DNA of 64,000 bases from Elsinoe ampelina (Eukaryota), in assembly GCA_010093995.1 (NCBI GenBank), contig ML992516.1:123413-187412 (forward strand). The letters run 5' to 3'. The notes beneath the pieces were generated by a model that saw only the letters and a program-made list of their open reading frames with translations, ran no database searches and had not been told where the DNA came from. A program made the position numbers and the translations under genes. This document shows, in pieces, positions 24,530 through 36,146 of this stretch (the first letter of the stretch is position 1; each line of letters opens with the position of its first letter).

Positions 24530-25607
24530 ATGTCTCCTCCAACCGAGTTCTACCAGCCATACGCTGAGCTCCACAAGACACCCAATGGACCAGGCGATGG
24601 CCGTCCTACCGCCATGAAGATCATCGAAGACGAAGGTCTTATCAACAAGTGGTCAAACAAGGTCATCCTTGTCACTGGCAGCAACATTGGTCTTGGTACG
24701 GTTCAATGTTAATCATATCACCTCCAACACCACTAACACTAATCCAGGCGCCGAGACCGTGCGAGCCCTCCATGCCACAGGCGCCAAACTCTTCATGACC
24801 GTCCGCACAAAGTCCAAGGCCGAACCCGTCATCGCCGATATCCTCAAGACCTCCCCCTCGCAAGTCCCCATCGAGGTCGTCGAGATGGAGCTCTCCAACA
24901 TGGCCTCGATCCGCAAAGCAGCCGAATCCTTCCTCTCCCGCTCCTCCCAGCTCAACATCATGATCAACAACGCCGCCATCATGGCATCCCCCTTCCACAA
25001 GACCGACGACGGCTTCGAAGCCCAAATCGGCATCAACCACCTCAGCCACTTCCTCCTCTTCTCCCTCCTCAAGGACACCCTCATCAAGTCTTCCACCCCC
25101 GACTTCGCCAGCCGCGTCATCAACATCTCCTCCGCCGGCCACCGCATGAACCTCGTCGACCTCGACAACATCAACTTTGAAAAGGAAGGCTCCTACACCC
25201 CCATGGCAGGCTACGGCGCCAGCAAGACGGCCAACATCTGGTTCGCCAACGAGATCGACCGTCGCTACGGCGGCGAGGGTCTACGCGGCCTCTCCCTTCA
25301 TCCTGGCGTGATCATGGCGACGGGTCTCACGAGGCAGACGGACCCCAAGGCGTTCGAGGGGTTCGACATGTCCAAGTGGGCGCCGATCGAGAAGAGCGTC
25401 GAGCAGGGGGCGGCGACGCAGGTGTGGGCCGCTACCGCCAAGGCATTGGAGGGCAAGGGCGGTGTGTATCTCGCTGATTGTGGTGTGGCGGTACCAGCAG
25501 ACCCGTCCGGGGAGATTGGTGGTAATGATTTCTCCGACTGGGCTTACGATGAGGAGAAGGCGAAGAAGTTGTGGGAGTACAGCGAGAAGGCGGTGGGTGT
25601 GGCGTAA
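24530..25607 (+). CDS. Short-chain dehydrogenase/reductase (retinol-DH/WWOX-like); intron 24696-24747
   Basis: TGSNIGLG nucleotide-binding motif across the splice, NNAA, and catalytic YGASK; canonical intron. Confidence 0.93.
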
Positions 25608-26013
25608 GTGATGCTTGCGAGAGGTATAGAATGGTAGTTGCAATCGAGTAGCATAGCAGTATAGGCGTATAATCGTTCTCCATCAACCTGGTTGAAATCA
25701 TTTGCTTCGTGGCACTGCATCGCCGTGGTGCCAGTCTCGATAATTTCCAGTGGTGTCGGAGGCATCACTCGTCCACCCTTTCCCCGTCCCCCAATGCCAC
25801 CGGGTTACCCCCACGAACCTCATCATCCGGCTGTCCCCCCGTCGTGAATCCACCTCCCCAGCCGTCCCACCAACCGCTACTCCCGGACATCGCCTCCCCG
25901 CTCCTCTTCCCCGCGATCCCAGCGTTATCCTCACCATGACCCCGCNNNNNNNNNNNNNNNNNNNNNNNNNNNNNNNNNNNNNNNNNNNNNNNNNNNNNNN
26001 AAAGTGACTTCAA

Positions 26014-27660
26014 TCATGGCCGGTGAGCCGTATGGTCATCATAACCAGGCAACCCCCTCCCCTCCACCTCGCCTAGACACAGTCCCCCAGGTCCCGTCCA
26101 CGAAAGCAAGTCCGGGTCGACGCGGATGCTGCCTCGCCAGCGACCGTACGCGGGCGGAGGGGGGTGGATGAGGATGGAGCCTGACTCCTCTCCTTCTTCG
26201 GCCTGTGGTGCTGCTTGGGTGTGGAATTGGACGGGAGTGGAGGAGTTCAAGGGGTTGTGAGGTAGGGAGGGGCTGAGGGGTGATGGGTGAGGGTGGGTGG
26301 GGTTGAGCTGAGGATGTGGGGAGGAGGGACGGTTGGTGAAGCGGGTGCTACGGGGGGCGGAGGGGGTGAAGGTTGTAGATGGGAGGAGTTCGGGGGTGGT
26401 GGTGTTGAGTTGGGGGTGGTTGAGATGAGGAGAGAGGGTGGTTGAGAGAGCTGGGGTGGGGTGGCTGGCGTTGGGGATGGCCTGGTGGGTCGGGAGGAAC
26501 AGTGGAGGTGGGCGAAGGTCGGATTGCATCGAGCGGGGAGAGAGGGAATTCAGTTGTGTTGCCTCTGGGACGGATTCGAGGACAGATGGTCGTCTGGTAG
26601 GAGGTGATCGGACTGGTGAAGAAGGACTGGACATGGGCTTCATGTCTCGGATGTAAAACTCGCCGAGGTAGGTCGAGTGTGTTGAGGACCTGGCCGTACG
26701 AGCTGCTGGTGGAGTGTGCAGAAGATCCGCTTCTATCTGAATTGTCATAGGTGGCGGGCAGGGAGGAGCAGCTTGAGCTCGTGTCACTGGATATGCTTGC
26801 TTTGGACTAGGACGGAGAGGCGTCGGTGTTCGGAGAAGACCTGCTAAGGAGGTGATCGATGCCGCCGACGAGCATACCGAAGGAGTCGATGGCCATCGTC
26901 GACGGCTGTGACGAGACCGAACATGTCGATGCCGACGATGATGTGGTCGAACGGCCCACAGATGTCGAGGGACTGGAGCCAGCCGGGTCAAGCGAGAGGT
27001 GTAGTAGGCAAGGAGGACAGAGTTGAAGATGATGGAGACGATGAAGACTGTATGGAGTGCTGGATGGAGGTTGCGGGGTGGGACCGCTTGAGAGACATCT
27101 GGTAATGTCAGTCGAATCAGTGATGTTGACGGAATGGGAAACATACATGCTGCTACCAGAGCCGCAAGAAAGCAAGCCAGCACAATGCAAGTCATGAACC
27201 TGAATCGGGTTTCCCTGTCAACTACCCTTCTTCGCTTTGTCCTCCGGCGATATGCAATAGTTGGGATCTTCTCCTTATTCTTGTCATAAGGCGGGAATAA
27301 GACCATTCCAGTCTCGAGATCGACCTTTGGTGAGCTAGAGTAGTACTCGAGCAGACTCGGTACGTATGAGCCCTGTTTTGTGGGAGACACCACTTCTTCA
27401 TCGATGGCGGCATACTCCTCGAATACAGAGCGGCACTTGACGTCGTCATCGTATGTGCGTGCAGTTGGTGTCACATCCCGTGGGGTCCTGCATATATCCG
27501 AGTAGACCAGTCTGCCGCTAAGGGGGACATCGAGGAGAAGGTGCCGCACGTCGTCCTGTATGCCACTCGTGTTCGGAGCACGTGAGTCGAGAATCAAGCC
27601 AGCCTCCAAGGCGCTCGAATCTGGCAAAGGGCTCTGCGCCGCCGTGTATGGTGGCAGCAT
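26014..27660 (-). CDS. Hypothetical fungal protein with two predicted TM helices and a Pro/Ser-rich tail (probable in-frame intron ~27100-27145)
   Basis: 548-aa ORF; hydrophobic segments FMTCIVLACFLAALVAA and VFIVSIIFNSVLLAYY; C-terminal PPPPAYGRWRGSIRVDPDLL motif. Confidence 0.7.
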   Translation of the reverse strand: MLPPYTAAQSPLPDSSALEAGLILDSRAPNTSGIQDDVRHLLLDVPLSGRLVYSDICRTPRDVTPTARTYDDDVKCRSVFEEYAAIDEEVVSPTKQGSYVPSLLEYYSSSPKVDLETGMVLFPPYDKNKEKIPTIAYRRRTKRRRVVDRETRFRFMTCIVLACFLAALVAACMFPIPSTSLIRLTLPDVSQAVPPRNLHPALHTVFIVSIIFNSVLLAYYTSRLTRLAPVPRHLWAVRPHHRRHRHVRSRHSRRRWPSTPSVCSSAASITSLAGLLRTPTPLRPSPKQAYPVTRAQAAPPCPPPMTIQIEADLLHTPPAARTARSSTHSTYLGEFYIRDMKPMSSPSSPVRSPPTRRPSVLESVPEATQLNSLSPRSMQSDLRPPPLFLPTHQAIPNASHPTPALSTTLSPHLNHPQLNTTTPELLPSTTFTPSAPRSTRFTNRPSSPHPQLNPTHPHPSPLSPSLPHNPLNSSTPVQFHTQAAPQAEEGEESGSILIHPPPPAYGRWRGSIRVDPDLLSWTGPGGLCLGEVEGRGLPGYDDHTAHRP

Positions 27661-28344
27661 TGTGGATGGTTTTCTGAGGGAACGCGAATACGATAGAAAT
27701 AAAGTAGAAATGCTCGGGGATCATAAAGGGTATACATGATGCTCACTAGCCGGGTGTACTCACTCTAGGTACCTCCAAACATCCCAGCCTAGTTTATTTA
27801 CAGTCTACTGGTGTCATGCAAGGCATCCTGACAACAAATCATCCTGCGCCACTGCTATGGAAGGGTCCTTCGCCAGGCAGCCGAGACGTATCGTAACGTG
27901 ATCGGACGCGACGCGTACATTCACGCTCTGGAGCAACATGCCTTATGGGCTTTGTAGCCATTTTGATGCGACTCGATGCTGTCGGATGGATTTGTGTGAA
28001 GCAGAGAAGGATTGGTGGTGATGAAGTCGTTTCAGAAAGGACAATGTTTCACATCAGATGCCTACAGCCAATCAGGCTTTGCAGCCCACCAAGAACATCC
28101 TTGCATGAGAATGCACAATGGGATCCTGTCATAACTCGAGAATGGAGCAAAGAACGGTGATTTATATGTAGCGAGAGATTTGCTGTTTAGTCACCGGTAA
28201 TGGTGGATGGCATTCTGCAAAATATGGGTATAGAGCTATCAACGAGTGCGGCTGCAAGCTGTAGATGCTTGACAGCAGTGAAATCAGATCTCCTTCATGT
28301 AGAACAACAGTGAACGACTATCCTGTAATCATCAAAAAGTCCGT

Positions 28345-30571
28345 CTAAGTGGCCTTCTCGCCATCAGTGCTGCTCTTATCGCCATCATCCTTCCCACCAG
28401 CCTTGACCTCCTCCCTGACGACTTCCTCTCCCTTGAGAGTCCTCCCCTTGCCGGTAACATCCCTGTAGATCGCCCTGGTGGTTCTCATCATAGTGAACCT
28501 GCCCTCCCAGAGAGGATAAAGGCCGACGCAGAATGTGCTGATGAACAGCCAGATGAGGCCAACCACGATCCAACCAGTGAAGAATGGTCGGCTGAAAACG
28601 TAACCACTGCCGTACAGTGGCATCGGCCAAAGGATAAGAAGAGCCAATGTAAGTACCACGCAAATGACTCTTGCAATCTTCGCCGACTTGTGAAGCTTCT
28701 CCATCTCCGCCATCGCTTCCTCAGACGACTGGCTGTGCTCACCAGGGACTTGTTCGAGGTCCATTGATGCTGCCGCCGCGAGATCGCTGTCGTCGCCTTT
28801 GCGAATGGCAGCCATAGACTTCCAATCATATTTGCCAGAGGGGAAGACGAAGGTGAGGACTGGGACGAATAGCATGGGTGAGAGGAGCGCAACGACGTTG
28901 CCGACAAGCATGGGGTTGTTGGCACCTGTGACTTCGACCGTGAGTGGTCCTTCGCGGGAAGCTTGTACGAGCCAGCCTGTGAGGGAACAAGCGAGGGCCA
29001 AGGGGGGCGAGAAAGTAGCGGCTGCCCAAGACTGACGCTCCCAGAGGAGAGTGAGCGAGGCTGGAATTACGGCGCCTGAGATGATGACACCCATCAGCAG
29101 ATAAAGATAGCCCAGAGATATGCCCGCGTAATAAAGTCCGGTCGAAAAGCCTGCCATGACCGTGGCGAAAACCACGCAAGCCATGTGAGACGTCCAAATT
29201 AAGCGACGTCCGGATGCTTGGGGGTTGATGTAGGTCTGATACACGTCGTAGGTAGCAATGGATGATACTGCGATGAGCTGAGCAGACATAGCCGAGGTTA
29301 CCGCCATGAAGACGATGATGAGCACAGCGGCAGCGCCACCAGCCCCGAGAAGAGCGACAGCAGCCTCTGGTAGGACGAGACCTGCAGATACGTCTGCTGA
29401 GGCCATTCGTTCGGGGTACGTTGGCCAACTGGGGTCGCCCTCGAGAGAAAGTGCCGCCAGTCCCATGGCCGTGGCAGCCAACCAAGGAATGGCAAACCAA
29501 CTCAAACCACCCATTACGTAGCCAGGAAGTGCATTAGACACGCCCGCGGCAATCGCCTTGTTATAACAGAGGGGTTGTTAGTAGATGTGATGATTCCTTA
29601 AGGTGGTCTGAAGACTTACTAGCCATTATCCATGAAAACCGTTCCAAAGTTGCCAATGATGTTGATAACGAAGAAGATGCCACCCTCTCGTGATCTCATA
29701 GTCAAGTAGCTGCCTTGGGCATTGCCCTCGACCGGGTGTCTTTCTGCTGCCGCCCTCAGGGCGTCCCAAACCCGACCTGGGCTGCCCAGGATCGAGTTGG
29801 TGGCGTAGGTCGAGAATGAGAAGATGAAAAGAATGACCAAGATGACGACAGTGTGCACGTAGTCAGTCAGGAACGTCGCCTTGATGCCACCAAAGACTGT
29901 GTAGAGCACTACTCCAACTGGGAGGAGAAAACAAGCTGCAGCGGTCGGGACGCCGGTAAGTGAGTTGGTGACGGCAGAGCCGCCAGCGAGCAACATGGCG
30001 GTGACGAGGATATTAGTCATCAGGGCGAAGACCATAAAAACACCGTGAGTGACTGGTCCGTACCTTGCTCGGATGACTTCGAGGAAGGTGTGGGCGTTGG
30101 GAGCGCGGCGCTTGAGCTCAATCGCAATGGTAGCGAAGAGGATGATTTGGACGGTAGCACCAGAAGCATACCAGAATGGACCACTGACACCATATCTGTA
30201 CGCGACTGCGGATGATTGGAGTACTATGATACATCAGTCTGCAGTCTTTTGCCCAGCACGTGACCGGAGTTCTCACGAGTAGCGGCCCAAGTCCACGAAC
30301 TAACGACCGCGGAAGCAATCAGACCAGTCTTTACGGTACGGCCTGCAGTGCTGAAGACCTCGGAAGTCTGCAACTCGTTGTTGTATCTCCTCAAAACATA
30401 GGTGGTAAGCATCATGCCAAAGCTGTTCACATATAAGCTACAACCCACCCCAGCTCGTACCAGCACATAAACCTACGCGAACAAAAAGCCGAGGCCAACA
30501 ATAACACCGTAGCCCACCGCCTGGCTAAGTGGTGGCGGCCTGCCAGAACCTTGACCAATTCCTCCAGCCAT
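28345..30571 (-). CDS. DUR3: Urea active transporter (sodium:solute symporter family), multi-exon
   Basis: [76 protein letters not shown] motifs over several exons. Confidence 0.95.
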
Positions 30572-30768
30572 GTTGACGATTGTGACAAGAAAAGCGCAAG
30601 AAATTCCTTACTTTCACAAGCTTGCTCAACCTACCTGGGCCCTTGTCATGGTAATATAGCAGACGGCCTAAGCATGCTACCCCTCGGGCATTGAAGATGG
30701 GGTCCGCCATGCAGGGCGGGCAAAGGGACAAGAAAGCTGGGTCGTGGGGGTCAGAATGCTTGGGCTTT

Positions 30769-30880
30769 GATAAGAGGGCAGAAGCACGACAAATCGCTTG
30801 TACTGCCGAAGATAGCTTGCGTTCGGCGCGTGCATTTCAGTGGGCTGGTAGTATGCAAGTGTCAATTGAGGAAAGATAAG
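30769..30880. promoter_or_regulatory. GATAAG sites upstream of DUR3 (candidate AreA/NIT2 nitrogen regulation)
   Basis: GATAAG at 30769-30774 and 30875-30880, 200-310 bp upstream of the DUR3 ATG. Confidence 0.4.
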
Positions 30881-31334
30881 GATATGTGCCTACCGATTCT
30901 CCCCGTGAATTGACCAATCAGAGCAGGGATCTTGTTGATTGATGTGCATTCCCGATATCGGGCAGAGAGCATTTCGTGCATCGATTGTGTCAGAGCTGGT
31001 GTCTATCAATTCATGCTCACGTGGTAGTTTTGATCAGTGGGATGGCTAGTTCATGCTCGGCGGACCTGAAGATCTTGATGGCGTTACAATGGCGTTCAAT
31101 CTTCGCTACACTTTTATCGCTTTGTATGGTACTATGGTAGTCAAGCAGCCGGCCAAGAGAGATACTGCAGTAGCGGCGCAAGTGCAGGTACAGTAAGCAG
31201 ACATCTCCGATCCGGTAGAATGGTTGATTGAGACGTGACAACCTCTACTGGTCCTCCAAGCATAGACTAGTAACATGTTTTACTAGCACCAAGCCCGCCA
31301 CTGAGAAAGTGCCATCCTCGCATGCAAGTAAAGT

Positions 31335-32595
31335 TCAGGTCGCCCACTTCCAGACGGTGGTGCTGCACTCCACCTCGTTCGGCGCATCGTCGCTGCCCCA
31401 ATCATCAAGACCTATCTCTTTCTCCTCAAGGAGAAGTCTGAGCCCAATCGATTTCATCTGTTCAGTGAACAATGTCCTTTCCTCAACGTAAGCTTCGCGA
31501 ATAGGAATGCCAATGATGACCCTCGCGTCGGGTGTTCGTTTCAGATGATATTTGATGGCGTTCACTAGTAGGACAGGGTGATCCATGGAGTAGATGGGAT
31601 CTGCAGCCACTATCACCAATGCTTCCAAGCTGGTGGTAGGCTTGGCTGCAGCGTGGGTGAACTGCTCGTGGGTGTACCCTTCATCCTGCACCTGCAGGAG
31701 ATTTTCGGGTTGCGACCAATCCAAAACAGCCACATCTGCAGAGGCACCCGCAGCTTTGACTATGTCAGAGTTGTCTCTGACATTGCGCGCTAGATTCGAC
31801 GCTATCAATGGGAGATCTGTGAGAAGGATCCGCACACCTAGTACAGCAGCAGCAGCGATACCCACAAGCCCAGTGCCACCGCCCAACTCCAACATCAACT
31901 CTGGATGGGCAGCATGGCCAGGTCGACACAACTGCACAGCGGGGATCTTGGTTGCAAGACTTGCCCAGTTCCGTGCTAGAACGTATGATGCCGCCCATGT
32001 TTTAAACCCAAGATTGTCGGCGGTGAGAGCAGGCTCATGGATGGAAATCTCGACTTGTGGAGCTTCCTCTGCTGCGATCGCTTCGTGACTTCCGGAGTCC
32101 CCTTCTACACTTCCAACCAGCTGTGCAGACAGTGGTACCAAGAAAGTCCTTGTGAATGAGCCCATGGCTGTCCGTCCTGACCTCTCGCTCAACCTCACAG
32201 CTGCCGTGTCCCATATCTTTTCTTTCTCTGCATCATCTTGTATCCACGCGAGCCGGCTGGAGACGATCTTCGTCAAATATTGTGGTACCCCATCCGCCTG
32301 GACTTTTCTCTTGGGGACTCGTGCCGGTGTGGTGGTTCCACTTGCGGGTTTAGGAGTTGCTCTACCGGGTGTCCGAGGAGGTGTCACATCCCATGATCGA
32401 GACTCGATGCTCAATAAAGCTAATGTGTCGAGCAGAGATTTTGCAGTCGGTCGGTTGTGTATCTGGGGTAGATCATGGACTGTATGGGGCAGTCAGTGTC
32501 CCATTCCTACTCCTGATAGTACTTAACTCACCATGCAACGGCTCCTCCTCGAGAGCATCCAAGCCAAGATCCTCTCGAGTCAATCGCTGCTCCAT
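31335..32595 (-). CDS. SAM-dependent protein-lysine methyltransferase (Rrg1/METTL21-like); one 5' intron
   Basis: LSERSGRTA, IHEPALTADNLGFKTWAAS, LELGGGTGLVG motif I, TDLP, LDW, AADPIY. Confidence 0.85.
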
Positions 32596-32788
32596 ACGAT
32601 GGTACGTGACAATGTCTGATTGCCATTGACTGGTCGAGCCGCAATCTCCTTGATGCATCTCGCGGGGTCAAGGAAATTTTGAGCACGGACCATACGTTCT
32701 CGACCACTGAATCTATGCGGGATGCATATGCCACACGTCCAGGACTCCATGCAAGACGGACTTGAAGGTTGGCTGGAAGCTCCAAATC

Positions 32789-33611
32789 TCATCCTAGGAC
32801 TGACTTGAAACCATTGTAGGCTTGTTCCATGTCGAGTTTGAGCTCTCTAGCCTGCTCAGGGCTCAGTTCCTCTGCAGCTCGCATCTGATTCAAAGTGATA
32901 AGCCATTGGACGATCTTGCCCTTGTTCTCGAAATCATGATCGGTGACTCGATTGACAGCTTGAATCGCTTCGACCAGAATGGGATGTAGAGTATCCTTCG
33001 AAAGCATGTTCATCTGAATGGCGTCAAGCAAGGTGATGAAATTCTCCGAGGCGGCGACAATATGTGTAGCTGCAGCATTACCTCCGCCACCACCAGAGGA
33101 TTGATTTGCGGATCGCCCAGAAGGAGCTTCGACTGTAGCGGGGAGTCCAATCTTGAGCCGCTCAGTGGCACGTGGGGCATCCAGCTAATGCATGTCAGTC
33201 AGAGCGATGGGACTCGACGTGAGATTACTGACATCCCATTCTTCCTTGAAGCTATCGAGATCTCTGAAAGCTCTGGACACGTTGTCATCCGAGAGGTTGG
33301 ACTTGTACTGCTTGAGAAGACGGCTACATGTTTCTGTGTACTCGTTCTCGGCTACAGAGTCCTTAAGGTAGGCCTTCTCCAGTGCTTCAAGCGTAACTAT
33401 AATACTGTATATCTCTGCGAGAGATTCATATAGATCGCGCTCGGCTGCATTGGTGGCAAGTTTGACTTCCTGTTGGGTATGAGAGGCGGCCACCAAGTCT
33501 CCGTTGAGGTTGACCCACCTCGTCCGGATTTATGGTCACTGACAAGTTGCTCGGTGTATAGCTGTATGGGGTCGGAGCGTACGCCAGTTGCTGTGGGTGC
33601 TGGGAATACAT
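32789..33611 (-). CDS. VPS28: ESCRT-I subunit Vps28 (two introns)
   Basis: ERDLYESLAEIYSIIVTLEALEKAYLKD, SKDTLHPIL, KIVQWLITLNQMRAAEEL. Confidence 0.96.
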
Positions 33612-33857
33612 GTCCGTGAGCACGCGAATTTAAGATGGAGGAAGAGGCACACCAAGGCGAAGAAGAGAGGAGGCCAGTGCTTTCTCAACACAGGCGTGCG
33701 GGGCTTGTCCGCAGAGCCGCCTCGGAGATGCCAAGGATCTGCGGAGTTTGCGAAATAATTTTTGGGTCCATGAGCAGATGGAGATTTTCATACTGACTGT
33801 TTGTCATCGCATATCCCTTCCCTTCCCCGTTGCCTATAACGACGGTCGACGCTCAAA

Positions 33858-36146
33858 ATGGCACAGAGCAAGGCAACAAAGAAGTTCGAGAGAAATCATC
33901 TCAAGGACACGATCAAAAAACGAAAGGACTCCGCGAAAATCAAACAGCGACATGCGGTCAACGCAAAGAAGAAAGCCCGGAGAGCTGCTGATACTCGAGG
34001 CGGTGCCGAAGAAGAGGAGTCAGCCAACGGTGCGCGTTCCAGGAAGCAAATCAAGGACGCAAAAGATGCCGCGGACTTTGAGAACATGAACATGGACGAT
34101 TTCTTTCAGAGTGGACTAGAGCTTGAGTCAACGACAGATAAAAGCTCGAAAGGGAAGAAGAGGAAGCGAGGGGACGAAAACGGCACGACAGTCGTAACGC
34201 CACAGTCCGACAGTGAGGCTGGATCGGATTCGGAAGACGAACAGGATCTTGAAGGTCACAAGGATCAGCTAAAAGGTCTAGCAGAGAAGGATCCCGACTT
34301 CTACAAATATCTCGAGGAGAACGACCCCGAGCTGCTCGACTTGGAGCAGGCCGACTTTAACGACCTAGAACTCAGCGCAGACGAGGAAGAAGATGAGTCG
34401 ACCTCCAGAAAGAAGCCAAAGGGCGAAGAGCTAGTCGTGGATAGCGGTGAGGTATCAAAAGCTTTGCTCAAAAAGTGGGAGAAATCTCTGGTCGAGCAAC
34501 ACTCCCTCAGAGCTTCGAGAGAGGTTGTACTGGCATTTCGAGCAGCAGCACATTCAGCCGATGAAGAAGACAAGTCGTTCAAATACAGCGTGTCTAGCCC
34601 AGAGGTCTACCATGAACTGCTGGTATTGGCGCTCAGTCGGGTTCCAGAGGTACTTCAACATCATCTGCCAGTCAAGGAGTCTGCTTCTGGGAAGATTCGT
34701 CTCTCGACTGAATCAAAGAAATTCAGCACGCTCAGTCCCTTGATCAAATCATATCTTTCGTCTCTGGTCTATTTACTCGGATATCTCACGGATGCATTGA
34801 CCCTACGATTGACTCTCACATCGATTGAGACGTTACTGCCTTACACACTTTCGTTCAAGAAGCTGGTCCGAGATCTCACAAAGAGTGTGGTCAATATTTG
34901 GGCAACATCATCATTCGCAGACTCGAGTCGATTGGCAGCATTCCTGGTCCTTCGAAAATTGATTGTGATCGGTGACCCAAGCATTCGAGAGAATGTGCTC
35001 AAAGCAATCTACCAAGGATTCGTCAAAGGCGCTCGGAACACAACAGTGCATACACTGTCGGGAATCAATCTTATGAAGAATTCGGCAGCAGAACTGTGGG
35101 GTCTCGACTCAGGTATAGGGTACACATCAGGGTTCAACTTCATCCGACAGCTTGCTGTACATCTGCGTAGTACCATCACCAACAATTCCAACGACTCTTA
35201 CAAGCTAGTCTACAACTGGCAATATGTCCACTCGCTGGACTTTTGGTCTCGCGTCCTCTCCATGCACTGCGACAGTCTGACGGAAGCAAAAAAGGGCCAG
35301 ACTTCCCCTCTTCGACCACTCATCTATCCCGTCGTGCAAGTCACTCTCGGCGCACTCCGTCTGATCCCAACAGCAGCCTACTTTCCTCTCCGCTTCCACC
35401 TCACCCGCTCTCTACTCCGCATATCCTCCGCCACAGGCACTTACATTCCTATGGCAGCCACGATGCATGAGGTACTCCAATCCGGCGAAATGCGCAAACC
35501 TCCCAAGGGTAGCTCACTCAAAGCTCTTGATTTCGCCGTCACTATTCGCGCAGCCAAATCCTACCTTGGCACACGCGTGTATCAAGACGGGATAGGCGAG
35601 CAAGTCCAAGAACTACTCGGCGAGTTCTTCGTTCTCTGGGCGAAGAATGTTGCTTTTCCGGAGCTGAGCCTCCCTGTCATCATCTTGCTGAAGCGATGGC
35701 TCAAGGAGATTGGACCGCACAGTAAACACCCCAACCAGAACAGTAAAGTAAGCGGCATGATCGGATTACTGGTGCAGAAGCTGGACGCAAATTGCAAGTG
35801 GGTAGAAGAGAAGAGGGCAAAGGTGGAATTTGCCCCGAACAACAGGTCAGGTGTGGAGGGCTTCTTGAGGGAAGTCGAATGGGACAAGACTCCCCTGGGA
35901 GCATTTGTTAAGGGCCAGAGGAGGGTAAGGGACGAGAGGGCGAAGGTCATGGAGCAGGCACGGAAGGAGGAAGAGAAGAGTCGAATGGAGGAGCGGAACG
36001 GAGGAAACGAGAAGGGCGTGAATGGAGGGAAGAAGGGGCGAAAGGCAACGGGTGCCAGCGATGATGAGGGTGACGAGGAGGATGCAAGTGACGACGCGCT
36101 TGAGGAGGATGACGAAGACAAGACGATGGATGATGATAGCGAGTAG
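33858..36146 (+). CDS. NOC2: Nucleolar complex protein 2 (60S biogenesis)
   Basis: KATKKFERNHL N-terminus, LAEKDPDFYKYL, YNWQYVHSLDFW, FPLRFH, AFPEL; divergent from VPS28. Confidence 0.96.
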   Translation: MAQSKATKKFERNHLKDTIKKRKDSAKIKQRHAVNAKKKARRAADTRGGAEEEESANGARSRKQIKDAKDAADFENMNMDDFFQSGLELESTTDKSSKGKKRKRGDENGTTVVTPQSDSEAGSDSEDEQDLEGHKDQLKGLAEKDPDFYKYLEENDPELLDLEQADFNDLELSADEEEDESTSRKKPKGEELVVDSGEVSKALLKKWEKSLVEQHSLRASREVVLAFRAAAHSADEEDKSFKYSVSSPEVYHELLVLALSRVPEVLQHHLPVKESASGKIRLSTESKKFSTLSPLIKSYLSSLVYLLGYLTDALTLRLTLTSIETLLPYTLSFKKLVRDLTKSVVNIWATSSFADSSRLAAFLVLRKLIVIGDPSIRENVLKAIYQGFVKGARNTTVHTLSGINLMKNSAAELWGLDSGIGYTSGFNFIRQLAVHLRSTITNNSNDSYKLVYNWQYVHSLDFWSRVLSMHCDSLTEAKKGQTSPLRPLIYPVVQVTLGALRLIPTAAYFPLRFHLTRSLLRISSATGTYIPMAATMHEVLQSGEMRKPPKGSSLKALDFAVTIRAAKSYLGTRVYQDGIGEQVQELLGEFFVLWAKNVAFPELSLPVIILLKRWLKEIGPHSKHPNQNSKVSGMIGLLVQKLDANCKWVEEKRAKVEFAPNNRSGVEGFLREVEWDKTPLGAFVKGQRRVRDERAKVMEQARKEEEKSRMEERNGGNEKGVNGGKKGRKATGASDDEGDEEDASDDALEEDDEDKTMDDDSE

